A DNA stretch of 58,842 nucleotides. It comes from Fonticula alba ATCC 38817. Lineage: Eukaryota > Protista > Nucleariida. The notes under the pieces were generated by a model. That model searched no databases and had not been told where the DNA came from. It saw nothing but the letters and a program-made list of their open reading frames with translations. The DNA lies in the NCBI GenBank assembly GCA_000388065.2, contig KB932206.1; one strand, given 5' to 3'. This document shows positions 12,630 through 24,781 of the stretch, piece after piece. The position numbers and the translations under genes are program-made. The stretch's first letter is position 1. Each line of letters starts with the position of its first letter.

Positions 12630-14103
12630 CCCAGCATGCTTGCCGTCTCGCTCACTCACACATGTGTATACCTGTGTTCACATACGTGTCCCCCTTCTCT
12701 CTTCATCCATCCGTCCATGCATCTATCTCCACATCTATTTTCCCGCCTTTCCTCCCCACCACTCCCCCGGACTCGGAATCCGCTTTGACGGGCATCTGCA
12801 GAAAAATCACCCCGGATGGCGACCGCCACGAGGGACAGAGCGTTTCCTCCAGATTTTTGGGTCTGCCGGGGGAAGCAGCATTCCTCCAGCCAAAGCGGCC
12901 GGTATCTCGACAGGGCCGTCCCCCAACACCGGAGCTTCCTCGGCCATTGGCACCGATGCGCCGAGTGCCGGGGAGTCACGCTTCCCAACTACGCCAGCCG
13001 CCACAACAGGCGACCTTGGCGCCGGAAGTGACGGCGTCTCCCCGGCACGGGCCGATCCAATTGGCACGGAGTCGCCCCTGGCCCAGTGGCGAGCCCTGAG
13101 CGACCATTATCCGGCGCTGATGACGGCAGTTGGCTTCGACTCAGTTCGCCTGCCGGGCAAGCGCAATCACCACCATCACCAACACCACTATCTTCACAAC
13201 CCGCAGCAAGAGCAACAGCCGCCGCCGCCGCCGCCGCAGCAGCAGCACATGCATTCATCGCTTGATCCCTTCGGGGCGCATTCCCCAAACGATGATGGTC
13301 AGCTCGCGATGGGATTGCCGGCGGAGGTAGCCACCGGCACGGGATCGGCTCCCTTGTTGGCTGGAGTGTCCCCCTCCGGAGGCTCGGACTCGTCGGCCGC
13401 GCTGACCGGTGTCACGGCCCTCTCTCAGGAGGTTCCCTATCGCCAGTGGAATGCCGACACAGATGGCAGTGGCGGCTTTGTGTCGGATCCCTGGGGGGTG
13501 GATCGGAGTCAGCCCGGCCAGCCAGGCCAGCCAGGCCAGCCAGGCCAGCCCGGCCAGTCGCCAGCCGGTGGCTGGCGGCATGGCACGCAGCCTCCATCAA
13601 CAGCAGCCCCCCTGGCGACCACCCTGCCCGGAAGTCTGACGCGCGCCGATGCGGCTAGCCTGTTGTTGGATGAGCCACTTGAGCCCCTAATCCTCCCCGG
13701 TAGCCGACCACAGTCCATCCGTGCCCTTGGAGGCCGGGCATCCAGCGTCACCGGGCCGCTTTTCCAAAGCAGCCGCCCGTGTACCGGGCTTTCCTCGGCC
13801 CGAGAGCCTCTGCCAATTCCCCAGCAGGGGAGTCTCCACCCGGGACATGGCCAGCCTATTATGGCCCTCCTGGATCAGTATTACTTTGCCTGTAACGCCC
13901 TTCCCGGGGGCATAGGTGGCGGTGGTGGCAGCGGTTCCGATGGGCTTGACGATCTGGACTCCGGCGGCAGTCACATTCCAACAATGGCCGCAACGTCCCT
14001 CGGCATCGCGGGAAGCCGCGTGCATCCGACGACCCCGGGGCCAGCGACGGCGGCGGCTGGTGCCGAGTCCGACGATGAGGACGCCCCTCCATCGAGCTTC
14101 TAG
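8260..14103 (+). CDS. ATG9: Autophagy-related protein 9 (lipid scramblase), multi-exon
   Basis: LDAFLIQ-VYDYYCGHG, FTTCFSTFLLYCVNY, VTNRILRRDNYLLGIL, HIYSNPHLFGSRDFTARSRLALREFNEYGHLFSRRLDSAIPLAESYLSQFP, IEHTHYFP and KVDRSLLTF match the ATG9 core. Long disordered N- and C-termini. Start codon uncertain. Confidence 0.9.
12547..12630. repeat. Intronic (CGACA)n pentanucleotide running into a (CA)n microsatellite
   Basis: About 8 CGACA units followed by CA repeats, in an ATG9 intron. Confidence 0.95.
13510..13557 (+). repeat. Coding 9-bp tandem repeat (QPG)x5 in the ATG9 C-tail
   Basis: CAGCC(C/A)GGC repeated. Confidence 0.9.
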
Positions 14104-14912
14104 GCAGAGCCGTGCTTGTGACTCGAGCTGTTTTCCCCTCCGCCCATTCATATGTCTGTGCATGTATTTTTATTGTCCCCCCCGCCCTCATCCTCTCCCC
14201 TCCATTTCATCCCTCTCCTTCTCCCTCCCTTCCTCCCTCACGGGTGTCCTCTGTCCTTGTGAAATAGACCTCCTCCCTCTCCGCACAAATTAGCGTCTCG
14301 AGTCGGGGGCGTCTCCCGCGAGGGGCTACTTGTTGGGCCCCCGATGATGTGACCTCTGGGCGAAATGAGGAGAGCGGATGGTTACGAAGAACAGGAGCCG
14401 GCGTGGTGAGGGGGAGGAGGAAGGGACCGGCATGTGAATTAATGTTACAGTGGGTTGGGGAAAGAGGCGTAAGCGGCACAAATTAAACACTTCCGGTGTC
14501 ATGCGGATCGTCAGCAGATGTACTGGGGTCGCATGTAGCCTGTCGAGCTAACAGGGTTCGCACGGATAGCGGAAGCCAAGAGCCAATCACCTGAACGGAG
14601 CGTAACCCGTGATGGCCATGTTACAGTCCGCTCCGACTCACCCTCCGATCATTTTTCTGGCCCCGGGTGGGCGCCGGTTATCGGTGGTGCGTGAGTGTCT
14701 GACCCCCCCTCCTGGTCCCCCGCCGTACTGCCCTTTCGGCGGGACAGGAGGAATGATAGGACCAGATCGCCTCAACAGGGACCTGGTTGATGCCGCCATG
14801 TCGGGAGTGGCTTGCCCTCCCTCCCCCCCCCCCACCCGAAATCGGTTGCCTCTTTCTTCCTCCGCCCCTTTCTGCGACGCTCCCTCCTCTGTGGCCTGGA
14901 CCCCTCTCAACC

Positions 14913-15755
14913 ATGTCCCCTATTAATGTCCGGCCAATGCCGAAGTCCGGCACCTGGTATCCCGCTGATTTGGCCTCACTGACCCGGCTCTTCGCCGCGG
15001 CCATGGCCTCGGCCGAACGTGAGATCCGCGCCCCACGCGACCCGGCCACTGCCATGCCTGCCTCGCACGAGCCGCTGTTGCTGGATGCGCCAGAGGCCGC
15101 CGATCCGATCCCCTGCCCCCGGTGCTCCCTCCCATCAGGCAGCTGCCCCTGCTTCCAGGCCGTGCTTCTCCCGTGCGTCGTCGGCCCGCGCGGCCCCGCC
15201 AATGGCCGAGCTCTTGCCAATGACTGAATTCCGGTCACTTGGCCTTCCCCCTCTCCGCCCGCCGTCACTCCTTTCCTGTTTTCCTCTGCGCGCGTGCCCA
15301 CCCACATCCACACACCCACACACTCACACACTCTCTCACTCACACGCTCTCAACCCTGTACGCCTGCACACTTGTCACCAAAGTCACGCAGGGCTGATGC
15401 ATTGTCTCCCAACCGCTGCCTTTGCCCTTCGTCGAATCGATCCCTCGGCCGTGTGCGACTACCCCCCCCCCCCCCCCTCTCCCTCTTATTCTCTCTTCGC
15501 CTTTGTTGCCGCTCGGAGATGTATTCCATCGACTAGGGCTAACTCTATTCACTGTCTGCTTCTGTCCGTCTCTATCCCATCTCCCTCCGGCGACGGGGCC
15601 GCTGTCCATACAGTAAGCGGATCGTGGTGCTGGGGCCGAGCCACATGGCGCCGTTCGACGGCCTCGGCCGCTCGCCCTTCAGCCACTTCGCCACCCCCTT
15701 CGGTGCCTTTCCGATTGACTACTCCAGTACGTGGCGACCCCTGTCTCGTCCTGCT

Positions 15756-15801
<46 letters not shown>

Positions 15802-16972
15802 CCCTCCACGCACACACACACACATACACAAACATACACGCACACACGCACACAAACGTGCTCGCCACCTTTCTCCGCTGACCCTCTGGATTAAAGTGAT
15901 CCCCGAGGACTTGGCCCGGCGCATGGAGAACCTGCGCCCTGGCGAGTGTGCCGGAGAGCACAGCCTCGAGCTGCCAATGACCATGATCGGCTATATGCTT
16001 CGCGAGCGCATGAGCCCCTCGTCGGACCTTGACGGCCAGCCGGCAGCCGATATTCCCATTGTCCCGCTGATGGTCGGGTCGCGCATGCAGCCCGGCGACC
16101 GGCCGACTGTGGCGGCGCTTCTTCGCGACCCCGGTACCCTGTGTGTGGTGTCCTCGGACTTTTGCCACTACGGGCGGTCTTTCCGGTGCGCTCTGCCGCG
16201 TTGCCGCTGGGCCTTCCTCGCCCTTTTCGATTGCACCCGCGCACGGGCATCCACGCTGCATTTGCATTTGCATCTGCTGCATATTGGGCAATCTGTTTTT
16301 TTTCCCAGCCGCCACCTTGACACTCACCTGCCTCGCTTCCCCCCTCCGCTTGCGCGCGCGCACGCACGCCCTCTCTCTCTCTCCCTCCCTTCCCCTCTCG
16401 CTCACCCGCCCCCTCGCTTCTTTGGCGGCAGGTTCACGCCCTTTTCGGGGTCCCGCGCGAAGGAGCCCATCTGGACCCAGATCAAGGCCTTGGACTTCGA
16501 GTACATGGAGGTGCGACCATCGCACACCTTTTCCACGCTTCTCAAGGCCCCCGTTCCCCCCCATCCCTCCCCTCCCCCCTCTCCCAATCCAAAGCACTGC
16601 GCTCTGCAATCGACGCTTCTCGTCCAGTAGCCGGCCACTAACCTGCCGCCACGGCCTCGATACATGCCCGTGGCCACACACCACAAGGCCATTAGCCAGG
16701 CAGACACCGAGCGCCTGGAGCAACTGATGGAGTCGCGCGACAACACTGTCTGCGGAATCCAGCCTATCCGTCTCTTCCTGGAGGCCATGGGAGCGCTTCG
16801 CCCCGAGGCCGGATGCCACCAGCACGGGCCGGCAGATACCTGTTCCAAGAATCACTTCGACCGTGGCACATTGCAATTCCATGCGTACGCCCAATCGTCG
16901 GTGCTCGGCCGGCCGTCAGCCGATCCGCGCCAAGACCACAGCGTCAGCTACGCCTCTGCCAGCTTCCAGTGA
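14913..16972 (+). CDS. MEMO1: MEMO1-family protein (AmmeMemoRadiSam protein B-like), multi-exon
   Basis: GTWYP, spliced P-HAG, VVLGPSH, EHSLE, VVSSDFCHYG, NTVCG and terminal SVSYAS are the diagnostic MEMO1 motifs. Confidence 0.85.
15758..15797. repeat. Poly-C homopolymer (40 nt) in a MEMO1 intron
   Basis: Directly visible. Confidence 0.95.
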
Positions 16973-17226
16973 TGGAGACAGGCCCGCACCTGCAGGGGAG
17001 GCCAAAGTTGGGAGACAACGCACGCGCAGTCCCCCCCCCCCCCCCCCCCGCGACAGACGCATATCCCCCCGGTCCTGGTACATACGGCAGACCGTGCTGG
17101 GGTCACAAATACACCAGTGTGCCCATTTCCCCACAACATACTGGATCACATGACATGGCATCTTCTCTGGGAGTCCCTTTTCTGGCCCCATGTGCGGGGA
17201 AGATTGCCGCGCGGACGTGGCCAAGT

Positions 17227-17228
<2 letters not shown>

Positions 17229-17286
<58 letters not shown>
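17229..17286. repeat. (CT)n microsatellite upstream of RIT1
   Basis: Uninterrupted CT run of about 58 bp. Confidence 0.95.
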
Positions 17287-17289
<3 letters not shown>

Positions 17290-17497
17290 CCCCCCTCCCT
17301 GCATCACTTTCCCCACTTTCCCGCTCCCAACCAAGCCCCCTCCACCCTCTTTCTCCTCGACAGCACCTCCATTTTTGCCTTCTGCGGGTTCCCGCCGACG
17401 GCGTTGCCCAAGAACGAGAGAGGTATACCGAGCGCGAGAGGTCGACCGAAGGGAAGCGGCCGCCTGCCCGTGCATGTGTGAGGGCAAAGGTGGGACC

Positions 17498-19816
17498 ATG
17501 AGCGAACCGCGTGCGTTGGATTTCTGGAATCGGCTGTGCTCGATCGCGGCCGACGCCCTGTATGTTGAGTGCCAGCGGCGAGAGCTGGCACGGGTCCTTG
17601 GCAACGCCGCCGGATCGGGCTTTGTGACTTTGCCGAACATGCGATGTGGCGGGTGGTATGCCCGTCCTCGAGGGCCGGACTCCGGGGCGTCGGCACCCCT
17701 GCCAGTGGCTTACTTCCAGTCGAAGGACGGTCACCATGGCCAGTGGACGGTGTCCCCGCGCAGGGCAAACCTCGGTGTGCTGGACCTGGCCGCCGGGCCG
17801 CTGGGTGGGTGTTTGTTGGTGGACGCGACGGCGAGCGCGCGCAAGGTCACCAGCGATGCCCTGGCCAAGACGGTGCCCTTTTGGTGTGCGGTCATGAACC
17901 GCACCGCGATGCTGCTGGGTCTCGGTTGCCGGGGCGAGTGTCCGGCATCGGGCTGCCCCGACGGGCCACCGACCTGCGAGTGTCTGCCGGATCTGCCCGG
18001 TGGCCAGTCCCCCCAGCCGGGCCCATTGGCATGGGACTACGCCAGCCACCCGCTGGCCGAGCTGCACACGCATCCCTCCATCGAGCCCACCGAGCGGGAT
18101 CTCATGCGCCGGGCCGTGCCGGCGGTGTCCCGACGGCTGATTGGCAGCGCCCGGGCGCTGGTCGGGCTGGAGGACCCGCTTCAGCGCATCCTCCGGGCGC
18201 TGGCCAGACGCCCGTTGGTGTCGACCTGGCTCGATGCCCCGGGGCACTTTTCCGAGGCCCTGGCCGCCGGGGGCCCCCACCCCGCGGACGCTTACTGGAC
18301 CCTCTGGTGTCTCGGGGCGTCGGGGTCCGAGCGCCCGGCCACCGAGGCGCTGGCCCGGCACTTGGCCCCGGGGCCCGAGGCGCTGGATCCAGAGGACGCA
18401 GCTGTGGCTGCCCTGCTGCTAGACGGGCCAGGCCTGGCGTATGACCATGTCCGCGGGGCCGGAGACGACCACGAGCTTTGGTCGGACTTCTTCACCCCGG
18501 AGCTCTGGTGGGCGCACCGTCTCGAGCTGCTGGCCGCCGGGCCGGGCGGATGCCTTCGCCTGGCTCGGCAGTTGGAGCTGGCGCGCCGTGTGCCAGCCAC
18601 ATTGGCCGGCTTGGAGCCTGCCACGACGCTCGGGCCCGGGTCTGGTGATGGTGATGGTGATGCTGCGGCTGCCCCTGCGGATGTCTTGACCGAAGGCCGC
18701 TCCCGGTGTGCGGCTCCTTCGGGTCCCATCCTAACCCCCTTGGACACCCTGCTGGCCGGTGTGACCATCGGCCCAGCCGAGTATCTGACCGCCGGGGATC
18801 CGGCGGCCGGCACGTCCGACCGCCGGGTGCGCACCTGTCTGGCCGATCGCCAGGCCTCGCCCGGGATCGAACCCCCGCTGGGCGACATTCACTTTTCAGT
18901 AACCAGCCATGACCCGGCAGCTGTGCTGCTGTCTGCTCCGGCCCGAGGGGCGATTGGCTGCGCGGCCGCAACGGCGCTGGCCATCCTCACTCGGCTGGAG
19001 GTCCAGAGTGCTGGCCCGCTGCCGGCCCCCGGTGCCGGAGGCCTGCCCCTCACTGCCACCTGGCTGGCCCGGTGTGGCTTCTTCGACTCGGACATCTTGA
19101 CGGCTCTGCCGGGCAACACGATGGACTTGCGCTTTATTCCCGGCGCACAGGCCGAGTTACTTCGGCTTCTGGGCAATGGCTGCCCATGTGGATTTTGCCT
19201 TGGTGACCTGCAGGGCTCCGCTCCACCGGGGCAAGACTCCGGCCGGGATAGTGCGCCAGTGGGCCGGGCCCTGGCCGCGGCCCTGGCGCGAGTAGGTGCC
19301 ACGCCGCCGGCCGGCCGGGTGGTGGTCATCTGCTGTGATCGCCGCGGGGGGAAGATGCTTCGAGATCGGCTCTTGTTCGCCATTGACCAGTGCTTGCGGG
19401 TGGTTGGGCCAGCACTGGCCGTCGACGCTGGCACCAGCCCCGGCCTGCGGGCCGTCATTTCGTGTGATACCGGCACGGTGGTGGCCCCGCTGCTGGTGGC
19501 CGCGCTTCTGGCAGCCCCCGCCATGGTTGAAGCCACCCCGGGTCCCGAGATCTGCTGGCCGTCAAGCGGCCCGGCCCCGGTGTGCGTGCTATTCGGGCAC
19601 CGATGCCCGGTCCCGGACCCTGCTGGCGGGCCGGTCGTCACGCGCGAGGCCCTGCATGGAGCATTGCTCCATGTCACCGGGGCCTTCCCGGCGGCCGACA
19701 TCCCCCGGCCCCTGCTCACTCGGCTGGTTTTCTACTTCACCGGGCCGCGGCTTCACATGCACAAGGCCCTCGACGATGCGGCCCTCGCGCATCGGCCTCC
19801 CCCACCGCCCCCCTGA
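17498..19816 (+). CDS. RIT1: Initiator tRNA A64 2'-O-ribosylphosphate transferase (Rit1-like), intronless
   Basis: NMRCGGWY, AYFQSKDGHHGQWTVSPRRANL and GGCLLVDAT...DALAKTVPFWCAVMNR follow the Rit1 N-terminal motif order. YDHVRGAGDDHELWS is also Rit1-like. There is a C-terminal phosphatase-like region. Confidence 0.8.
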   Translation: MSEPRALDFWNRLCSIAADALYVECQRRELARVLGNAAGSGFVTLPNMRCGGWYARPRGPDSGASAPLPVAYFQSKDGHHGQWTVSPRRANLGVLDLAAGPLGGCLLVDATASARKVTSDALAKTVPFWCAVMNRTAMLLGLGCRGECPASGCPDGPPTCECLPDLPGGQSPQPGPLAWDYASHPLAELHTHPSIEPTERDLMRRAVPAVSRRLIGSARALVGLEDPLQRILRALARRPLVSTWLDAPGHFSEALAAGGPHPADAYWTLWCLGASGSERPATEALARHLAPGPEALDPEDAAVAALLLDGPGLAYDHVRGAGDDHELWSDFFTPELWWAHRLELLAAGPGGCLRLARQLELARRVPATLAGLEPATTLGPGSGDGDGDAAAAPADVLTEGRSRCAAPSGPILTPLDTLLAGVTIGPAEYLTAGDPAAGTSDRRVRTCLADRQASPGIEPPLGDIHFSVTSHDPAAVLLSAPARGAIGCAAATALAILTRLEVQSAGPLPAPGAGGLPLTATWLARCGFFDSDILTALPGNTMDLRFIPGAQAELLRLLGNGCPCGFCLGDLQGSAPPGQDSGRDSAPVGRALAAALARVGATPPAGRVVVICCDRRGGKMLRDRLLFAIDQCLRVVGPALAVDAGTSPGLRAVISCDTGTVVAPLLVAALLAAPAMVEATPGPEICWPSSGPAPVCVLFGHRCPVPDPAGGPVVTREALHGALLHVTGAFPAADIPRPLLTRLVFYFTGPRLHMHKALDDAALAHRPPPPPP

Positions 19817-20470
19817 GTGGGCTGCTCGCCACCACGCCTCCTGACCCACGACCATCGGCCGGGGGCCAGGGGGCCAGGGGGCCGGGGGGGGGGGGGGGGG
19901 GGACCTCCAACGACGGGGGAAGACGCGGGGGGGGGGGAGGGGGAGCCAAGGTACGGGAGGGGAGCATGNNNNNNNNNNNNNNNNNNNNNNNNNNNNNNNN
20001 NNNNNNNNNNNNNNNNNNNNNNNNNNNNNNNNNNNNNNNNNNNNNNNNNNNNNNNNNTGGTCATGTGAATACAATAGTGGTCATGCGCACGATCTCCCGA
20101 AGGCTGGGTTCATTGCCGCACCTTTTCTCTTCTCTCTGGCTGTGGTCTCCGGGGGCGGGGGGGGGGGGGATTTATCAGCAACCTGCAGCCCCGGCTCTCG
20201 ACTCCGGCGGGGGTGGTATCTAGCATCTTCCCTTCACCCCCCCCCCCCCCCCCCGCGCCTTTTTTCTTCTCCTCCCCCCGCCTCTTTTGTCGGTCCCATC
20301 ACCGATACTCCGTTCGCTCTCGCTTCGCAGCTCCTTCGCCTGGCTTTGCTGTCCGCATTCCCAGCCAGATCCCCTTTCCCTCCACCGACCGCCATCGCGG
20401 CGCTGCCTCCCCGGGGCCAGTGGCCACCACTTCCCACCCTTTCCACCTCCAGCAGACATCCGACGCAGCC

Positions 20471-23400
20471 ATGTCTACTGGTACGTTGCATGCGCGCCCT
20501 GTCTTGTGCCGCTGGTCTCTCGCCCCCCCCCCCCCTCAGTGTGCCGGTTATTGACCTCCTCGGCTTGGCCTCAACCACCATCGCCCTCCTCGCTACATGC
20601 AGCCGACATTCCCCCCTCCAAGCGGGTCCGCTTCGACGACACCTTCGTCAAGTCCGAGCAGGAACTCAACAAGGCGACCCTGGTGAAGCTGGCCGCCGCC
20701 GCCGCCACGGGCCCACCCCCCTCGGCGACCAAAGCCGCCCCAGTCCCGCAGAAGGCACAGTCCGACTCGTCGGCCCGTACGTCCGCCCATCTAGGGGGCC
20801 ATGTTTTGTCTGACCGCCGCTGCCTTTCCCTGCTCTTGATCTTGCGACTGACCACCTCCCTAGATTCGAATCTCATTTCGCCGGAGGATCGTCCGCTCTG
20901 GGTGACCTGCGACTCGGCGGACGAGAATGCGCCGCTGGTCTTCCTGGAAAGCTTCTCCCCTCTCTACCAGCAGGCATGCGATTTCCTGGTGGCTATTGCC
21001 GAGCCGCGAACCCGGTTCGTGCCAGCACTCTCGCCCCCCCCCCCCCCGCTCCTTTTCTCCCCCGTTCCCACATCCCTGCCCCCTCTGCTCTCTCTCTCCC
21101 TCTCTCTCTCTCCCCTCTGAGATGCCTGCTGACCCCCCCCCCCCCCCCCTCCTGCCCCCCCCCCCCCCGCTGCCACACCCCCCGCCCCTAGTGCACGAAT
21201 ACAAGCTGACCAAGATGTCGCNNNNNNNNNNCCTAGTGCACGAATACAAGCTGACCAAGATGTCGCTCTACTCCGCGGCATCGGTCGGCCTGGAGCCCAA
21301 CAACATTATTGACACGCTGCAGCGCTTCTCCAAGGTCCCGGTGCCGGAGCGTGCCATCGAGATCATCAAGCAGTACATGTCGACTTATGGCAAGGTGCGC
21401 CTGGTGATGCGCGGCTTCCCGATGGAGGCGACCAAGGCGCCGACCATCCGCTTGCAGACACATGACGGTCTGTCGACATCCGCGTCGGCTGGCGGGTCCT
21501 CGGTGACCACTTTCGCGCCGCTGGGACTGCTCGGCGGTCCGGCATCTGCCTTCGAGTCGAATGACGGCCCGCCGAAGCGGGAGTTCCGCTGGTACCTGGA
21601 GACCTACGACCAGAGCATCAGCCAGCGCATTTGCAGCGACCCGCACCTGCAGCAGCTTGTGCGCCAGGTGAATCCGAAAGACGTGGACGAGGCTTTGCGT
21701 CTGGCCCGCGAGGCGACCACGGCCCCGCCCGTGGCCGGGTTCCTGCTGCCAGTGCGCGGCCCCGGGGGTGACACCTTCGGTGACAATGCCGCCATCAAGC
21801 CGGAACCCATGGCCGTGGGTGCCAACTCCGAGGCGATCGTCAAGAAGGACGACCGGGCCGCCTCCTCCGGGCCTGGGGGCGACAACCCCGATGACGATGA
21901 GGATGGGTCTGATGGCGCCGGGTCCGATGGGGACGAGGATGATGACGAGGACGACGATGTCGCGCAGTCCGGCAAGTCCACGCTTCGGCGTAGCCGTCGC
22001 CGCCGCGGGCGCCTCTACATGTTCGAGATCTTGCATCCGATGCACCTGGAGCGGCCGAACATCTTCGACTCGGATTCCGTGTCGATGCCGATTCAGGGTG
22101 GCGGGTCGGCCGCCGCGGTGGCCGGCTCGCGCACGCGCATCCAAAAGATCAAGCAGCTGTGTGACTCGCTGAACTTCCCGGTCTTCGAGGAGTATGCCTT
22201 CCGCGCGGATACCGACTCCCCCACGCTGGATATCGACCTCAAGCAGACCACCATCGTCCGGGACTACCAGCAGCAGTGTCTGAGTAAGATGTTCTCTCGC
22301 GAGTGCGTTGTCCTTTGCCCACGCCCGGTTCCCTCTGTCTCGGTTGCTGTCTTCCTTCCTTTCTCTCGCTCCTTTGGTCCGCGGCCCGAACGCATGATGT
22401 CCTCTCGGCCCGATTGCTCACAATTGTCCACTGCGCTCTGGGGAATGGGAATGACGTAACTGCACTTGTCGCCGCCGCCGCCGCCGCCGCCGATCCCGCT
22501 GCCCCTCTCTGTAGGCGCGCTCGGTCTGGCATTATCGTTCTGCCTTGTGGTGCCGGCAAGACCCTCGTCGGTGTGGCGGCCGCCTCCACGATCAAGAAAA
22601 ACACCCTGGTCCTGGTTAACTCCACTCTCTCGGCCAACCAGTGGCATGGGGAGTTCTCCAAGTGGGCGCACATCAAGCCTCACATCATCGCCGGGGAGGA
22701 CGCCCCAGCGCCGATTATCACCTATCGCGGTGGCTCACGGGTGCGTCGCGCTTGCCCTCCCTCTTTCCCTCCCTCTCTTTCTATCCTTCTCTCTCTCTAC
22801 ATGCACACGCACTCTCACGCGCGCATGGCTTCCCCGACATTTCTCTGTGATTGGTCCATGCCCACTCACATCATCTTCTCGCCTTTTTTTCTCTCGCTGT
22901 CATCTCTGATGGGCTGCTCCCTCGAAGCTTGAGGACTTGAAGCACCCGAGCCTTATTTTCATCACCACCTATCAGACCATCACAAATGTCAAGTCACGCG
23001 TCATGTCCTGGATCGAGCGCGTTGAGTGGGGCCTCGTCATTTTGGATGAGGTGCACTCTGTTCCGGCCGACTGTGCGTTCCCGCCATCTGCCCCCCCCCC
23101 CCCCCCCCCCCCCTGCTGGCATTTCCCGTCGCCCAACACCACCCTCCCCGAAAGAGGGCACCGATACTCACCTCCCTCACACCCGCCCCCCTGCCCTTCT
23201 CCCACCTCCGCCCACCCCTCTGGCTCCTGTCGGCTCCAGCGTATGCTCCGGCTGTGGCTCGAATCCCCACGCACTGTAAGCTCGGCCTCACGGCCACCCT
23301 AGTGCGTGAGGATGGCAAGATCGACGAGATTCTGCAGCAGGTCGGCCCAAAACTTTACGAGGCCAACTGGATGGTTCTCTCGCGGCAGGGCCACATTGCG

Positions 23401-24078
23401 CGAGTCATTTGCGCGGAGGTCCGGTGTCCCCTGACGCCGGCCTTCTGGCGCGAGTACAGCCGCGAGGGCCAGCCCCTCAACATTCGCACCAACTTGCTGA
23501 TGTTGAACCCGGTCAAGTTGCTGGTTCTCCAGGCGCTGCTGCTGCGACACCACGACAAGAAGACCACCGTCTTCGTGGACCGCATTGAGCCGCTGGAGCG
23601 CTACGCCGAGCACTTCCAGGCGCTGGTCATCCAGGGCAAGACGCAGCTGGCCGAGCGCGAGCGCAATCTCCAGCTCTTCCGCGAGGATGAGAATCGTCGA
23701 GTGCTGTTCCTCAGTCAAATTGGTGACACATCGCTGGACATCCCGGAGGCCAGCTGCCTGATCGAGGTGTCGGCCCCGTCCGGCTCTCGTCGACAGGAGG
23801 CCCAGCGACTGGGACGCATCCTCCGGGCCAAGAACCGCAATGACGAGGGCTTCAATGCCTTCTTCTACACGCTGATTGCCGACGGCACTGATGATGTGAC
23901 GCATGCCTCCAAGCGCCAGCAGTACCTCCTGGATCAGGGATACGCGTACAAGGTGGTCCAGGCGGAAAAGATCTTCTCCACCATGAGCCCCGACGAGCGG
24001 TCCCGCTTCCGGAGCATGACTCCCGACGACCAGGACAAGCTCCTGGACATTGTCCGGAACATGGAGCCCCGCTCCTAG
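20471..24078 (+). CDS. ERCC3: TFIIH helicase/translocase XPB (ERCC3/Ssl2/Rad25), multi-exon
   Basis: RPLWV...[82 protein letters not shown] and [16 protein letters not shown]. Confidence 0.95.
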
Positions 24079-24781
24079 GTGCGCACACACGCTGTGCGTG
24101 CATACGTGCGAAAGCGTGCACGTGCTTGCGAGAGGTCAGATCACTGGCGTGTATGGACGTGCTCCCGCTGCGAAAGACAAAAAAGCTTCAAAGAAAAGAC
24201 GTGTTGTTTTCTTTTTCTTCCCCCCTTCCCCCCTTCCCCCCCCCCTTCCTGTATAATAAAAACAAACACCTAGTTATCAAGCGGAAACACCCTTCCACAC
24301 CCGCGCATTTCGCGCTCGGGAATGCTGTGTCCATGCGTTGGGCATGGGACCTGTGTCCCTTGCGGCTGGCCCCTCTTCCCTCGGTGGGGGCACCTCTCAC
24401 ATGCACAGGCAGATTTGTTTCCCCCAGGGCAACTGAGTCTGTCTATTGTTACGGAAGGGAGAGGAAAAGAATGGAAGGAGGAGGAGGAGAGCGGACGGTG
24501 GCGGCGTGCCGCCACAGCAAGGGCGTCATCCGTGTATGTATATACTCATTTGTGTGTGTGCGCGCGCGCACGAGCACCACCGGACACAAGGCATGCACAC
24601 TCGGAGGGCAGAGCAAGGCCGGCAGCAGTGGTGGCGGATGAGGAGAAGGAGAAATCACAGCGGGAATCACGCAAAGGAGGGAGGAAAAAAGCAAGACGGC
24701 GGGGGCGGCCATGGCAACGCTGGCCACGACGACCACGACAGCCACGACGGCGACGACGGCCACTGCAGCAGCGCAGACCAC

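Noticed and set aside
16916-18361. 481-aa minus-strand ORF and similar overlapping ORFs throughout the track
   Set aside because: They overlap identified genes in antisense, run through microsatellites ([12 protein letters not shown]) and show no family motifs.
21187-21266. 35-bp direct duplication (CCTAGTGCACGAATACAAGCTGACCAAGATGTCGC) in XPB
   Set aside because: The copies flank a 10-N gap. This is a typical scaffolding overlap artefact, not a biological repeat or TSD.
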